From: an uncultured Gemmatimonadales bacterium
Lineage (GTDB): Bacteria; Gemmatimonadota; Gemmatimonadetes; Longimicrobiales; Gaopeijiaceae
Reading direction: 5' to 3'
NCBI GenBank assembly: GCA_963823035.1
Contig: CAWGKG010000020.1
Span: 288,001 to 352,000, forward strand
Length of the DNA stretch: 64,000 nt
The notes below the pieces were generated by a model. That model saw only the letters and a list, made by a program, of their open reading frames with translations, searched no databases and was not told the origin of the DNA. This document shows positions 11,361 to 23,714 of the stretch, one piece after another. Numbering within the stretch: the first letter of the stretch is position 1; each line of letters opens with the position of its first letter. Made by a program: the position numbers and the translations under genes.

Positions 11361-12904
11361 TTGAGCACCACGCCGGGGGCGACGACGCCCCCCAGATCGA
11401 CCAGAAGGGCTTCTTCGGGCATCCCCGGGGCCTGGCGACGCTCTTCTTCACCGAGATGTGGGAGCGCTTCGCGTACTACGGGATGCGCGCGCTCCTCATC
11501 CTCTTCATGACCGCGGCCACCGACTACGTCGTGACCGGGGCGGACGGCACGATCCTCCGGTCGAACCCGGGCCTCGGGTTCGACGTCGCGACCTCGGCGG
11601 CCATCTACGGGCTGTATACCAGCCTCGTGTACATCCTGACGCTTCCGGGTGGGTGGGTCGCGGACAACCTCTGGGGACAGCGCAAGGCCGTCTTCGTCGG
11701 CGGGTGCTTCATCGCCCTGGGACAGCTCACGATGGTGCTGCCCACCACGTCCACCTTCTTCCTGGGCCTGGTGTTCGTGATCTTCGGCACCGGGCTGCTG
11801 AAGCCGAACGTGAGCACGATGGTCGGCGAGCTGTATCCGGAGGGGGGCGCGCGCCGGGATGCGGGATTCAGCGTCTTCTACATGGGGATCAACCTCGGCG
11901 CCTGGGTGGGGCCGCTCCTCACCGGTTCGTTCGGTGAGAACTACAACTGGCACTGGGGCTTCGGCATCGGCGCCATCGGCATGATCCTCGGGCTCGTCCA
12001 GTACAGGATGGGCGACAAGTACCTCGGGGACGCCGGCCACCTCAGGACGGACGAATCGGCGGCGGAGGTCGCCCGCAAGACCCGCAAGTTCTTCGGGAGC
12101 TTCGCGGGTCTGATGGCCGCGGTGGTCCTCTTCGGATGGCTGGTGGGGCAGGGCATCATCCCGGTCTCGCTCACGCAGATCGCGACCGTGCTCGGCTACT
12201 CCGTGCTCGTCCTCGTGGCCGCCTACTTCGTCTACCTCTGGCTCTTCGGCGGCCACACGGCGGAGGAGAACAAGCGGCTCGGAGTGATCTTCTGGCTCTT
12301 CCTGCTCATCGCGGTCTTCTGGTCGGGCTTCGAGCAGGCGGGCTCGTCGCTGAACGTGTTCGCGCGGGACCTCACGGATCGGACCTTCCTGGGGTGGGTG
12401 GTGCCGGCGTCGTTCATGCAGTCGATCAACCCGATGTTCATCATCCTGTTCGCGCCGGTGTTCGGCTCCCTGTGGGTGTGGTTGGACAAGCGCCAGGTGA
12501 ACCCGCCGCTGCCGCTGAAGGCCGGGCTGGGCCTGCTCTTCCTCTCGTCCGGGTTCTTCGTGATCGCGTGGGGCGCTGCCAACGCCTCGTCGACGAGCCT
12601 GGTCTCACCGGCCTGGCTGGTCGTGACCTACTTCCTGCACACGACCGGTGAGCTGTGCATCTCGCCGATCGGGCTGTCGGCGATCACGAAGCTGTCCCCA
12701 CAGAAGCGCGTGGGGCAGATGATGGGCGTATGGTTCGTGGGCGCGGCGCTGGGGAACCTCTTCGCCGGGCTGGTCGCCGGGCGGCTGGAGAACCTGCCGC
12801 CGTCGCCGCTCTTCCGCTCCGTCGCGATGTTCGTCGGCGTGGTCGGCATCGTCGCGGTGTTGGCCTCGCCCTTCGTGAAGAAGCTGATGGGTGGCGTGAA
12901 GTAG
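11361..12904 (+). CDS. POT/PTR family proton-dependent oligopeptide MFS transporter
   Basis: FFGHPRGLATLFFTEMWERFAYYGM, GTGLLKPNVSTMVG, FYMGINLGA, GELCISPIGLS. TTG start with a probable early frameshift. Confidence 0.93.
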
Positions 12905-12952
12905 CGGGAGGCGCCCGGCGGGCCGACGCGCCCGCCCGAGCGGGAGGAAAGC

Positions 12953-12990
12953 CGAAGCGCCCCGGGGGGATCCGACCCCGGGGCGCTTCG
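12953..12990. terminator. 15-bp GC-rich hairpin between convergent genes
   Basis: CGAAGCGCCCCGGGG-ggatccga-CCCCGGGGCGCTTCG. Confidence 0.7.
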
Positions 12991-13022
12991 TCGTGCGGGA
13001 GAGAGATCCGCGTTGGGTCCTG

Positions 13023-15142
13023 CTAGTCCCCTTCCGCCGGTGCCTTCCTGCGGGAAGAGGCGATCGTACTCGAGCTCGTGCTCGTGCTTCAACCGGTGCA
13101 CGTCCATCTTGCCCGTGAAGATCGAGGTGTCGAGCGGGAAGACCTCGGGGCGGAAGATCACCCCGTAGGAGTGCCAGAGGATCACGACCATCACCGCGAA
13201 GGTCGCTTCCAGCCCGTGCATGAGCCGCATGATCGCGATGAGGAGGCCCGGCAGGTACTGGCTGACGAGCTCCGGGAACATCAGGACCGTCCCGGTCGTG
13301 CTCATCACGATGCCGCCCAGGAACAGGCCCCAATACTCGAACTTCTCGGAGAAGTCGAACTTGCCGACGCGCGGGCGCGGCGAACCGAAGAGGTAGTGGC
13401 GGAAGGTCTGCAGCACGTCCTCGAAGTCCTGCCGCGTCGGCACCATGGCCGGAAGCCGGTGCTCGCGGACCGCCTTCACGACCGCCTTCGTCACGTGCGC
13501 CAGCATGAGCGCGACGAAGAGGACGCCGGCCGTGCGGTGGATGATCCGTGTCGTGCCGATGCCGCCGAAGAAGTCGATGATCGCCCGCGCGGCGCCGAGG
13601 TCGGGGCGCGTTTGGGGCAGGCCGGTGATCACCAGCATGAGGAAGGTGGCCATCGACCCGAAGTGCTCCAGGCGCTCGGTCACGCTGAAGCGCGTGACCG
13701 TCTGGGGCTTGGGCATGCGCTTGCCGCGCAGCCGCGCCAGGAGCCGACGCATGCCGGCGGTCCGCATCACCCGCGCGCCGTCCCGGCGCTGGTCGATCAG
13801 GTGGAAGATGATGTTCAGGAACAGCCCGGTGAGCATGAAGGGGATGAGGAAGTAGTAGAAGCTCTTCACCGCCCAGATGAGGATCTGGTTGTCGGGACCC
13901 GCCGGCGCATGGCCGAGCCACGCGCCCGCGAGGCGCTCGTCACCTTTTTCGTGGCAGCGCAGGCACACGTCCGCGACCACGTCGCTCTCCTTCCATCCCA
14001 CCTGCGTGCGCGCCGTGGCAGTCCGAGCAGACCATCACGGCCGGGTAGTTGCCGCCGACCTGGTCGGCGAGGAACTGCATGGTCGCGCCGTGGAAGTCGT
14101 CTTCGTACGACTTCGTCACCGTCTCGGTAAGGCCGTACTTCTCGATCTTCATTCCCTCGGAGTGGCAGGCGATGCAGCTCTCGGTCGCCTTGCGCCGAAG
14201 GAGCGTGCGCTCCTTGGACGGCTCCACGTGCGTGGTGTGGCACGTCAGGCAGTTGCGCAGCGCCGCGGCGTCCTCCTCGCTGAGGAACTTCGCGTGGCCA
14301 CCCGTGAGGACGCCGTTCATCGCGTCCTCGTGGCAGGAGGCGCAGCGCGCGGACATCTCCTCGCCCGACATCGCCACCGGGACGTCGCCCTGGAAGTCGT
14401 GGCAGGACAGGCACTCGACGTGCTCGCCCCGCATGTCCTCGAAGCCCGCGTGCGCGGGCGTCATGTCACCGTGGCAGGTGGAGCACTCCCCGTTGCCCGC
14501 CATGCGGATCGCCATCTCGGCGGGCCGCTCGGACTCGGTGTGGCAGCGCTGACACTGGAGGACGCCCTCGACGTCGTCGTGCGTGGGATGGACCTTCTCG
14601 TGGCACTGGAGGCAGCCTCCCACCACGTCGTGGTCGTGCGCGTCGAAGCTCTTCCCGGAGTGGGAGGTGTGGCACTCGGTGCACGAGGGCTTGTTCGGCC
14701 CTGCGTTCGCGTGCAGCGGGTGCTCCATCGTGGTGTGGCACGACGTGCACCTCGCCGAGATCTCCACGGCCGCCTCTTGCGGGACGGACGGATCGGAGTG
14801 GATCGAGTGGCAGTCGGTGCACCCTGGCGCATCTTCCGCGGCCACGTCGATGTGCGTGCCCGGCAGGTGACTCTCGTGGCAGCCCTTGCACGCCTCGATG
14901 CGACGCGCCTTCGCCGAGTCCGGGTCGTTGGTGAACCCACGGTGGTGGCAGGTCAGGCAGGAGATCGTGTCGGCGTGGGTAAGCGCATCGAGCTTGTCCA
15001 TCGCCTCCGTCCCGTGGCACTCCACGCACTTGGACGGGATGATCGACTCGCGCTCGGTGCGCGCATCCACCTGGCCCCTGGCCGAGTCCGGTGTCGCCGC
15101 CCAGGTCAGGGCGAGGACTGCCGCGACGATCGCCGTACGCAT
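13023..15142 (-). CDS. 15-heme cytochrome c fused to a diheme cytochrome b membrane domain (CbcL-like architecture); frameshift near 14000
   Basis: Signal peptide; 14 CxxCH in ORF 13940-15142 plus CLRCH in ORF 12628-14001. The TM domain has four His (ERLEH, RIIHR, LMHG, LWHSY) and the GKFDFSEKFEYW motif. Stop at 13023 is inferred. Confidence 0.85.
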
Positions 15143-15167
15143 GGCCGTCTTCCCTAGTTCCGGCGGC

Positions 15168-15812
15168 TCAGGTCGCCGCCGGCTTGAAGGTGTTCCACAG
15201 GCTCTCGCCCAGCATCCAAAATAGCGCCCCGAAGCCGATGACGGGGAGAAAGACCACGAAGGCCAGCCCGAGCAGCGGCGCCGCCACCAGCCCCGTGAGA
15301 ATCTCCAGGGACCGGCGCAGCGCGCTCTTCGGTGCGACCTCGACCGCCTCCGCGACCATCGGTTCAGGCTCCACCGCCGCCTCCACCGCCTCCACCACCA
15401 CAGTCTCGGGTGTCGGGTCGGTGTGGATGAGCTTCAGGTGCGTGGCCGCCGTCACCACCGCCGCCAGCGTGTCCGGGCTGATGGGCTTGTTCAGGTAGTC
15501 GAAGGCTCCCAGCTCGCGCACCTTCCGCTCCACCTCGTCGTTCCCGTATCCGGTCAGCAGGATGAAGCGGGTCTCGGGCTGGGCGTCGTGCAGCCATTCC
15601 AGGAGCTCGATCCCGTCTACCCCGGGCATCCGCAGGTCGGACACGACCACGTCCACCGGCTTCGTCCGCAGCGTGGAAATCGCCTCCTGTCCGTTCTCCA
15701 CCGTGGTGACGTCGAAGCCATGCTCGGTGAGGTAGCGGTTCCAGCTGAGCCGGACGCCTTCCTCGTCGTCGACGAACATCACCCTGTTCGGTCTATCTGT
15801 CTGCGCGTTCAT
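15168..15812 (-). CDS. response regulator receiver domain with C-terminal transmembrane hairpin
   Basis: VMFVDDE..VVSDLRMPGVDG..LTGYG..YLNKP, then hydrophobic LVAAPLLGLAFVVFLPVIGFGALFW. Confidence 0.85.
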   Translation of the reverse strand: MNAQTDRPNRVMFVDDEEGVRLSWNRYLTEHGFDVTTVENGQEAISTLRTKPVDVVVSDLRMPGVDGIELLEWLHDAQPETRFILLTGYGNDEVERKVRELGAFDYLNKPISPDTLAAVVTAATHLKLIHTDPTPETVVVEAVEAAVEPEPMVAEAVEVAPKSALRRSLEILTGLVAAPLLGLAFVVFLPVIGFGALFWMLGESLWNTFKPAAT

Positions 15813-15860
15813 CTCTCTCTCTCCGTCAGCGGCACATGGACCCGGACTCCTGCCTCGTCC

Positions 15861-16263
15861 TTACGAGGCGATCCACCGGGTCCTCTCATGCAGGGTATTC
15901 ACGACCGAGGCCAGCTGGTCTGCCCCTTCTTCCGTCGCAGCGTCCCAAAGCAGCCTGACGCCGCAGGCGGTGAGGTACTCGGCGATGGGCAGCGGCGGCG
16001 GCGCGTCCAGCACCGCTACCTTCTGCATCGCCGGGTACTCCAGGCTCATCCGCCCGAGCGTGGCCAGGAGGATCCCCTTGGGAAGGGGATGGAAGTGCAG
16101 AACGAGCACGGAGATCGACGACAGCGGCCGCCGCCGCACCATCTCCGCCACGGCTCGGATACCAAGCCGCGGGACCGGTGCGGGCGGCAAGTCTCTCCGC
16201 CATTCCCGGTGCTCCTTCTGCGTCCGAGAGCAGGACCGTGGATCCCTCATTCCTGGTTGACAC
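15861..16263 (-). CDS. hypothetical protein, possibly a degenerate receiver-like fold (frameshift near 16170)
   Basis: AGGAGG RBS before the GTG at 16263. Joins ORF 15886-16263 (N-terminus) to ORF 15861-16370 (C-terminus). Confidence 0.55.
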
Positions 16264-16332
16264 CGCTCTATCCTCCTGCGGCCTTCGCCGCGAGTCGCCG
16301 CCGGCCTCGGCCAGCGTCCGTACGCCTCATGA

Positions 16333-16349
16333 AGCAAGGGCCGTGCCCA
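16333..16349 (-). promoter_or_regulatory. sigma-54 (-24/-12) promoter
   Basis: Minus strand tgGGCACGGCCCTTGCT fits GG-N10-GC and lies just downstream of an NtrC-family activator gene. Confidence 0.85.
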
Positions 16350-16351
16350 CT

Positions 16352-16370
16352 TTGTACCAAAACGGTACAA
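16352..16370. promoter_or_regulatory. palindrome TTGTACC-N5-GGTACAA next to the -24 element
   Basis: Perfect 7-bp arms. A related TGTA-N9-TACA site lies at 16561-16577. Confidence 0.55.
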
Positions 16371-16588
16371 GCCCGTAAGATGCTGTGGCGTAGAGGATTA
16401 CAGTGTCTGGAGCAGGATGGGACACGGAGAGCTGGAGACCCCGAGTGTATGTCTCCCATATACAGCGCCGGCCACCGCCAGGAGACGGTGGCCGGCGCGA
16501 TCTCCGGAAAGTCGTTGCGGGAGAGGGATTCCGTAGATCTACGGAGGAGCGGCGGGCATGTGTAGGTGGGTCATACACCCAGGAAACA

Positions 16589-18048
16589 TCAATCGGGAGT
16601 AGGCGTTTCCTCCTCCGAGCCTTCCCCGTCGTGGTCCGGGCTGGTGATCCCGTGCTTGCGCATGAGGGCGTGGAGGTTGGGGCGAGCCATCCCGACGTTG
16701 CGGGCGGCCTGGGAGACGTTCCAGGCCGCCGCGCGCAGCGCCTTGAGGACGAACAACCGTTCGATGCGCTCCACCGCGCCGGCGCGCAGCTCCTGCTTCC
16801 TCTCGGCCAGGGCGGAGGCGTCGTCGGGGACCTCCTCCCACATTCCGCTCGCCTGCTCGGCCCCGGAGGGAATGGCCTCCAGGTCGATCGTGCGGCCGTC
16901 CGCCAGGAGGACCGCGCGCTCCATGGCGTGTTCGAGCTCGCGCACGTTCCCGGGCCAGTCGTGCGCCTCCAGGAGGGCCATCGCCGGTGGGGTGATGACC
17001 TCGATCTGCTTCCCGAACTCCTCCGCGAACCGCTGCACGAAGTGGTGGGCGAGGAGGGGGATCTCCTCGCGGCGGTCCCGGAGCGGAGGGAGCCGGATCG
17101 TGAACACGCTGAACCGATAGAAGAGGTCCTCGCGGAACGAGCCCTCGTCGACCAGCTCCTGCAGCTCCCGGTTGGTGGCGGCGATCAGGCGCACGTCCAC
17201 GGACACGGGCTTGTCGGAGCCCACCGGCCGGATCTCCCGCTCCTGGAGGAGCCGGAGGAGGCTTCCCTGCACCTGCGGCGAGATGGTGCTGATCTCGTCG
17301 AGGAAGAGCGTGCCTCCCCGCGCGGTCTCCGCGAGCCCCTTCCGGTCCTTCACGGCGCCCGTGAAGGCGCCGCGGATGTGGCCGAACAGCTCCGACTCGA
17401 GGAGCGACTCGGAGAGCGACGCGCAGTCGGCGACCACGAACGGGCCGTCCTTGCGGGCGGAGTTGTAGTGGATGGCCCGTGCGATCACGTCCTTCCCGGT
17501 GCCGGTCTCGCCGGTGATGAGCACGGTGCTCATCGTCGGGCGCCACCCGCTGCACGAGCTGCATCACCTTGTGCATCTGCGGGCGACGTGCAGATCACGT
17601 TGCCGATGCGGTGCCGTGTCTCGAGCTCGGAGCGGAGGCGGCGGGTCAGGTCCACCAGGTGCTTGCGCTCGAGGGCCCGCGCCGTGGCCACCAGGAGTTG
17701 CGGTGGGCTCACCGGCTTCTCCAGGTAGTCGAAGGCCCCCAGCTTGATGGCCTCGACGGCCGTCTCGATCGTCGCGTATCCGGTGACGATCAGGACCTCC
17801 GTCTCCGGAGAGACGTCGCGTGCCGCCTTGAGCAGCTCGATGCCGTCCATCTCGGGCATCTTGATGTCGAGGAGGAGGAGGTCGTAGCGCTCCTTGCGGA
17901 GCATGTCGAGCCCCTGCTTCGACGACGTGGTGGTGGCGATGTCGTAGCCCTCCTCCGACAGCACCCTGCGGATGCTCTCGCAGACCACCTGCTCGTCGTC
18001 CACGGCGAGCACCCGCGGTGGCTCGATCCAGCTCTGTACGTCGTCCAT
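16589..18048 (-). CDS. sigma-54-dependent response regulator (REC-AAA+-Fis HTH); frameshifted near 17530-17580
   Basis: Receiver domain (ORF 17530-18048), then [44 protein letters not shown] and a Fis HTH. Confidence 0.93.
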
Positions 18049-18070
18049 GGGCGTTCGGTCTCTTCCGTCT

Positions 18071-19694
<1,624 letters not shown>

Positions 19695-19813
19695 GAAATA
19701 CCCTCCGAGGCGACGGAGGGTCGCTATCTCGAAAGCTCCCCGGAGCGCGGGGGAGCGTCAAGTCGGGAAAAGCCTGAAACGTCTGAACTTCAGGCGTCCC
19801 GGAGGAGGCGCGG

Positions 19814-20677
19814 TTACGCGCCGAGGCCACCCCGGTCCAGGATGCGCTTGTAGGCCGCCAGGTGCGCGAGGGCGTCGCTCGGGCGCCCGAGTGCCTCATG
19901 GAGCCGGGAGAGGTTGAAATGGGCCACGGCCAGCTCGGCGTCGAGGCGGAGCGCGGCCTCGTAGGCCTCGACGGCGCCGGCCCGCCTGCCCTGGTCCTCC
20001 AGCGCCACGCCCAGGTTGTAGAACGCCCGCGCGCTGGCCGGGTCGGAGGCGAGAGCCGTCCGGTAGTGGGCCTCGGCCTCCACCACCTCCCCGTCCTCGT
20101 GCAGGAGCCGGCCGAGATTCAGGTGGGCTTCGGCGTGGCCCGGATCGAGCGCGAGCGCCCGCTCGTAGGCCTGCTTCGCCCGCTCCGGCGCGTCCCCCTC
20201 GAGATCCACGGCCGTGTCGTACCACTCGTCCGCCGTGGCGGGTGCGCCGGAGGAGGGGAGGGGCTCGCGCACCGCGGACGCTCCGCCGATGCTCCGCACG
20301 ACCGAAGGTGACGGGTCGGCGGGCGGCGGTGCGTCGAGCGCCATCAGCAGCTGACCCGAGCTCGGGTCCCACACGCGCCCCTCTTCACGGATCAGGACCT
20401 GGTCGCCCAGGGCCACCATGTGCACGGCCGAGAGAGGCCGGCCGCCGGGGATCTGCTCACGCAGAGCCTGCAGCGTGCGGCGGACGCGCAGCGCGGAGAC
20501 GTCGGCGTCCAGAAGCTCGCGTGCGGCGCGCAGGAGGGCGATGTCCTGGAAGGAGAAGAAGTAGGCGCCCCGAGGTCCGCGCACGGGCGTGAGGAGGCCG
20601 GCGCGCGTCCAGGAGAGGATCGTGGAGGTGGAGAGGCCCAGGACCTCCGCGACCTCGCGGGTGGAGTAGCCGGTCAC
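19814..20677 (-). CDS. MerR-like HTH + tetratricopeptide repeat protein
   Basis: YSTREVAEVLGLSTSTILSW.RAGLL.P..FSFQDI (MerR-type HTH). C-terminal TPRs: AHLNLGRL, AFYNLGVAL, AHFNLSRL. Confidence 0.85.
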   Translation of the reverse strand: MTGYSTREVAEVLGLSTSTILSWTRAGLLTPVRGPRGAYFFSFQDIALLRAARELLDADVSALRVRRTLQALREQIPGGRPLSAVHMVALGDQVLIREEGRVWDPSSGQLLMALDAPPPADPSPSVVRSIGGASAVREPLPSSGAPATADEWYDTAVDLEGDAPERAKQAYERALALDPGHAEAHLNLGRLLHEDGEVVEAEAHYRTALASDPASARAFYNLGVALEDQGRRAGAVEAYEAALRLDAELAVAHFNLSRLHEALGRPSDALAHLAAYKRILDRGGLGA

Positions 20678-20699
20678 GGGATCGGCCGGCGGAGGAGCG

Positions 20700-21575
20700 T
20701 CAGCCCGACGCGGCCTTCTTGCGTGAGGACTTCTTGGCTCCGGACGACTTCCCGGCGTCTTTCTTTTCGGCACTGGTCGCGGGCTTGCGGCCCTCCTCCT
20801 CTTCGGATTCGGCCAGGGACGCCTTGAGGGCGGCCATGAGGTCGATGATCTGCGTCTTCGATTCCTCGACGGGCGCCGCGGAGATCTCGTGCCCTTCGAC
20901 CTTCTGCTGGATCAGCTCCAGCGTCTTGTCGTAGACCTCGTCCTTGTAGGCCGAGGCGTCGAACGCGTCCGTGGCTGCCTGCTCGATGAGCTGCTTGGCG
21001 AGCTGCAGCTCGGCCTCCGCGACCTCACCCTCCTCGAGGGGCACTTCGTCGAAGCTCTTGATCTCGTCGGCGTAGTAGAGCTGCTCCAGGAGCAGCCCCT
21101 CCTCGTACGGGCGGACCATGACCAGGTACTCCTTGCCCCGCGTCGCCTGCTTGGCGATCGCCACCCGCCCGGTCGCGAGCATCGCGGCCGAGAGCAGCCG
21201 GTAGGCGCGGGCCCCACCCTTGTCGGGTCCCAGGTAGTAGGCCTTGTTGACGTAGAGCCGGTCGACCTGGTCTTCGGGGACGAAGCCGACGATGTCGATC
21301 GAGTCGGACTTCGGCGCCTCGAGGACCTTCAGCTCCTCGTCGTCGAAGAGCACGTACTGCCCCTTGGCGAACTCGTAGCCCTTCACGATGTCCTCCCGGG
21401 GGACGACCACGTCCTCCGTGGGGCAGATGTACTGCTGACGCACGCGGGTGCCGCACTCCTTGTGGATCATGTTGAAGGAGATGCGACGCGAGGACTCGCC
21501 GGTGGAGTAGAGCTTCACCGGGAGGGAGACCAGCCCGAAGGCGATCGTCGAGGTACCTAGGGCGCGGGCAGACAT
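20700..21575 (-). CDS. ku: non-homologous end joining protein Ku
   Basis: IAFGLVSLPVKLY, IVKGYEFAKGQYV, YYLGPD, IIDLMAALKASL and a Lys-rich tail. Confidence 0.95.
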   Translation of the reverse strand: MSARALGTSTIAFGLVSLPVKLYSTGESSRRISFNMIHKECGTRVRQQYICPTEDVVVPREDIVKGYEFAKGQYVLFDDEELKVLEAPKSDSIDIVGFVPEDQVDRLYVNKAYYLGPDKGGARAYRLLSAAMLATGRVAIAKQATRGKEYLVMVRPYEEGLLLEQLYYADEIKSFDEVPLEEGEVAEAELQLAKQLIEQAATDAFDASAYKDEVYDKTLELIQQKVEGHEISAAPVEESKTQIIDLMAALKASLAESEEEEGRKPATSAEKKDAGKSSGAKKSSRKKAASG

Positions 21576-21583
21576 GGTCCGGG

Positions 21584-21595
21584 GAACATATGTTC
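21584..21595. promoter_or_regulatory. GAAC-N4-GTTC palindrome (LexA/SOS-box-like) upstream of ku
   Basis: GAACATATGTTC, 8 bp before the ATG and overlapping a candidate -10 (TATGTT). Confidence 0.45.
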
Positions 21596-21678
21596 ACGCT
21601 CGGGCGACGCGCAACGAAAATCGATCGTCCGTGCGGGGCCCCGCGGCCGGTGTCGCGCCCCTCCGCCTCGGCGGCGGC

Positions 21679-23551
21679 TCAGCGTCCCTCCGGCCTCCAC
21701 TCCGCGGCGAGCAGGAAGGGTGCCACGCTCGGGCTGGCGGCGGTGGTGCCCCAGATCCGCACGAAGCCCGTTCCTGGAGGGCCGCCGTAGCGTTTGCGCC
21801 ACGCCGCGTAGGCCCCGTTCTCGTCGACGGCAAGCGGTTCCAACCCTGCCTGGGCCGGCACGTTCCAGTTGGAGATCCATGCCGCGGGAAGCCCGAGGCG
21901 GAGGCCCTCCTCCGTGCTCCACGCCCCGGTTCGGTCGAAGATCGCTCCGGAGATCGAGATGCCGAGGAGCCGCTTCCGGCCGCTCCCACGCGACCTGGTC
22001 CAGCCCACCCGGGTTCCCGGTGGCGGGATCCCGGCGCCAGGCGTCCGGCGGGACGGACGCCCACACCACGGTCCCGCCCGCGTCCAGGTAGCGGCGGAAG
22101 AGGGAGGTCGGGCCGCCCTCCCGAAGGCTTTCGGGAAGCCAGCTCTGGGCGAAGACGACCGAGCCCGGGTCGCCCGAGTCGATGCCCTCCCTCATCCAGG
22201 TGGCGAGCGAGGGCACGTCGAGCGTCGTGTAGCCGGCGCGGGCGAGCGTGGACGCCACCTGGTCGCTTCCTGCGTACCAGCTCGCCGCCGCGGTCGTGGA
22301 GTCCCGGAAGACCGCGCGGCGGAGCGAGTGGCCGCCGCCGTCGCGCAGCGCGTAGAAGCCGCCGTCCTCCGTGCCGACGAAGAGGACGCCGTCATCGATG
22401 GTGGGTGAGCCGTGGCTGGACGCCGGCAGGGTGGTCTGCCAACGCACGGACCCGTCCCGCACGTCCAGGGCACGCACCACCGCGTCTCCGGCCGAGATGT
22501 AGAGCGTCGAGTCCACCACGGTGGGCGACGTCCACACGACGTTCTCCGTCATGACGCGCCAGACCTCCTCCCCGGTGGCCGCGTCCACAGCCTGGATCCA
22601 GCGCGCGTCCGAGCTGCCCGAGAAGACGCGTCCGTCCGCGACGGCCGGGCTACCGTTCACCCACGAGACCTCGTCGTCGTAGCTCCACAGCTCCCGGCCG
22701 GTCGCCAGGTCGAGCGCATACAGCCAGCCGTCGCGCGCGCCGATCAGGACCCGGCCGTCCGCCACGGTCGCCGACGACTGGACCGTCCGCCGGTCGAAGC
22801 CGAAGTCGCCCGAGAAGAGCGCCGCGCCGCGCGTGTCGTGCCGCCAGAGCAGCGCACCGGTGGCCGCGTCCGCGCAGTAGACCCGGCCGTCCGCGCTCCC
22901 GACCACCACCTTTCCCGCCGTCACGGCGGGTGTGGAGCGGATGCGCCCCTCGGTCGGCAGCGACCACAGCACGGTGCCGGTGGCCGGATCGGCTGCGCGC
23001 AGCACCCCGTCCGCCGCACCCCAGAAGACGCGCATCTCCCCGCCGACGGCGGCCAGCGTCGGGGACGACGCGAACACGTCGCCGCTCTCGTGCCCCCACG
23101 GCCACGGGATCGTCGGGCCACCGCGGTCCCGCCACACCCCCACCCCCGACGCCCGGTCCACCGCGTGGAGGGTGCCGTCCATGTCGGTCACGAAGACCAG
23201 GGAGCCCAGCACGGCCGGCGACCCGTGCGCCGGCGCCCCCGTCCGGTAGCGCCAGAGCTCCGTGCCGCGCACGCGGTCGAGGGCGTGCAGCCACCCGCCT
23301 GCGCTCCCCACGTAGACCACGCCGTCCGCCACGGCCGGGGTGGAGCGAACCGGTCCGGGGAGTCCGACCCGCCAGAGGATCCCGCCGTAGCCGTCGAGGC
23401 CGTGCGTCGCGACCACGCCGGTGTGCGCCGGCCCTCCCCGGAACTGCGTCCGGACTTCGGGGAGCGCCTGCGGGGCGGCCGGTGCCGCGAGCGTCGAGAG
23501 GAGCGCGAGGGTCGCGCCGAGCGAACGGAGATGGGGGAGGATCGGGGGCAT
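21679..23551 (-). CDS. secreted PQQ-like (BamB-type) beta-propeller repeat protein with extra C-terminal domain; frameshift near 21975
   Basis: Signal peptide, FRGGPAHTG and many S[ST]PAV.DG.V..G..DG.LYALD..TG..LW repeats. Confidence 0.85.
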
Positions 23552-23663
23552 GGAGGTCGAATGCCTGGGTCGGGTCCGGAGACGTCTGGCGCACCCGGGG
23601 GCGTCCCGGGCGTCGGGGCCTGCGCGGCATCGTACGGTGCGAAGGCCCCGTGGATTCACCGTT

Positions 23664-23696
23664 CGCGACGAATCGCCACCCTCGCGCGGCGAATCG
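23664..23696 (-). promoter_or_regulatory. LytTR-type direct repeats with 21-bp period
   Basis: CGATTCGCCGCG-N9-CGATTCGTCGCG on the minus strand, with -10 TACGAT at 23629-23634. Confidence 0.65.
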
Positions 23697-23714
23697 AGCG
23701 CGCGGGTGCCGCAC

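Noticed and set aside
12628..13022. C-terminal extension of the cytochrome b ORF overlapping the POT transporter
   Set aside because: It would run through a terminator hairpin and about 280 bp into a convergent gene. A one-base correction gives a stop at 13023.
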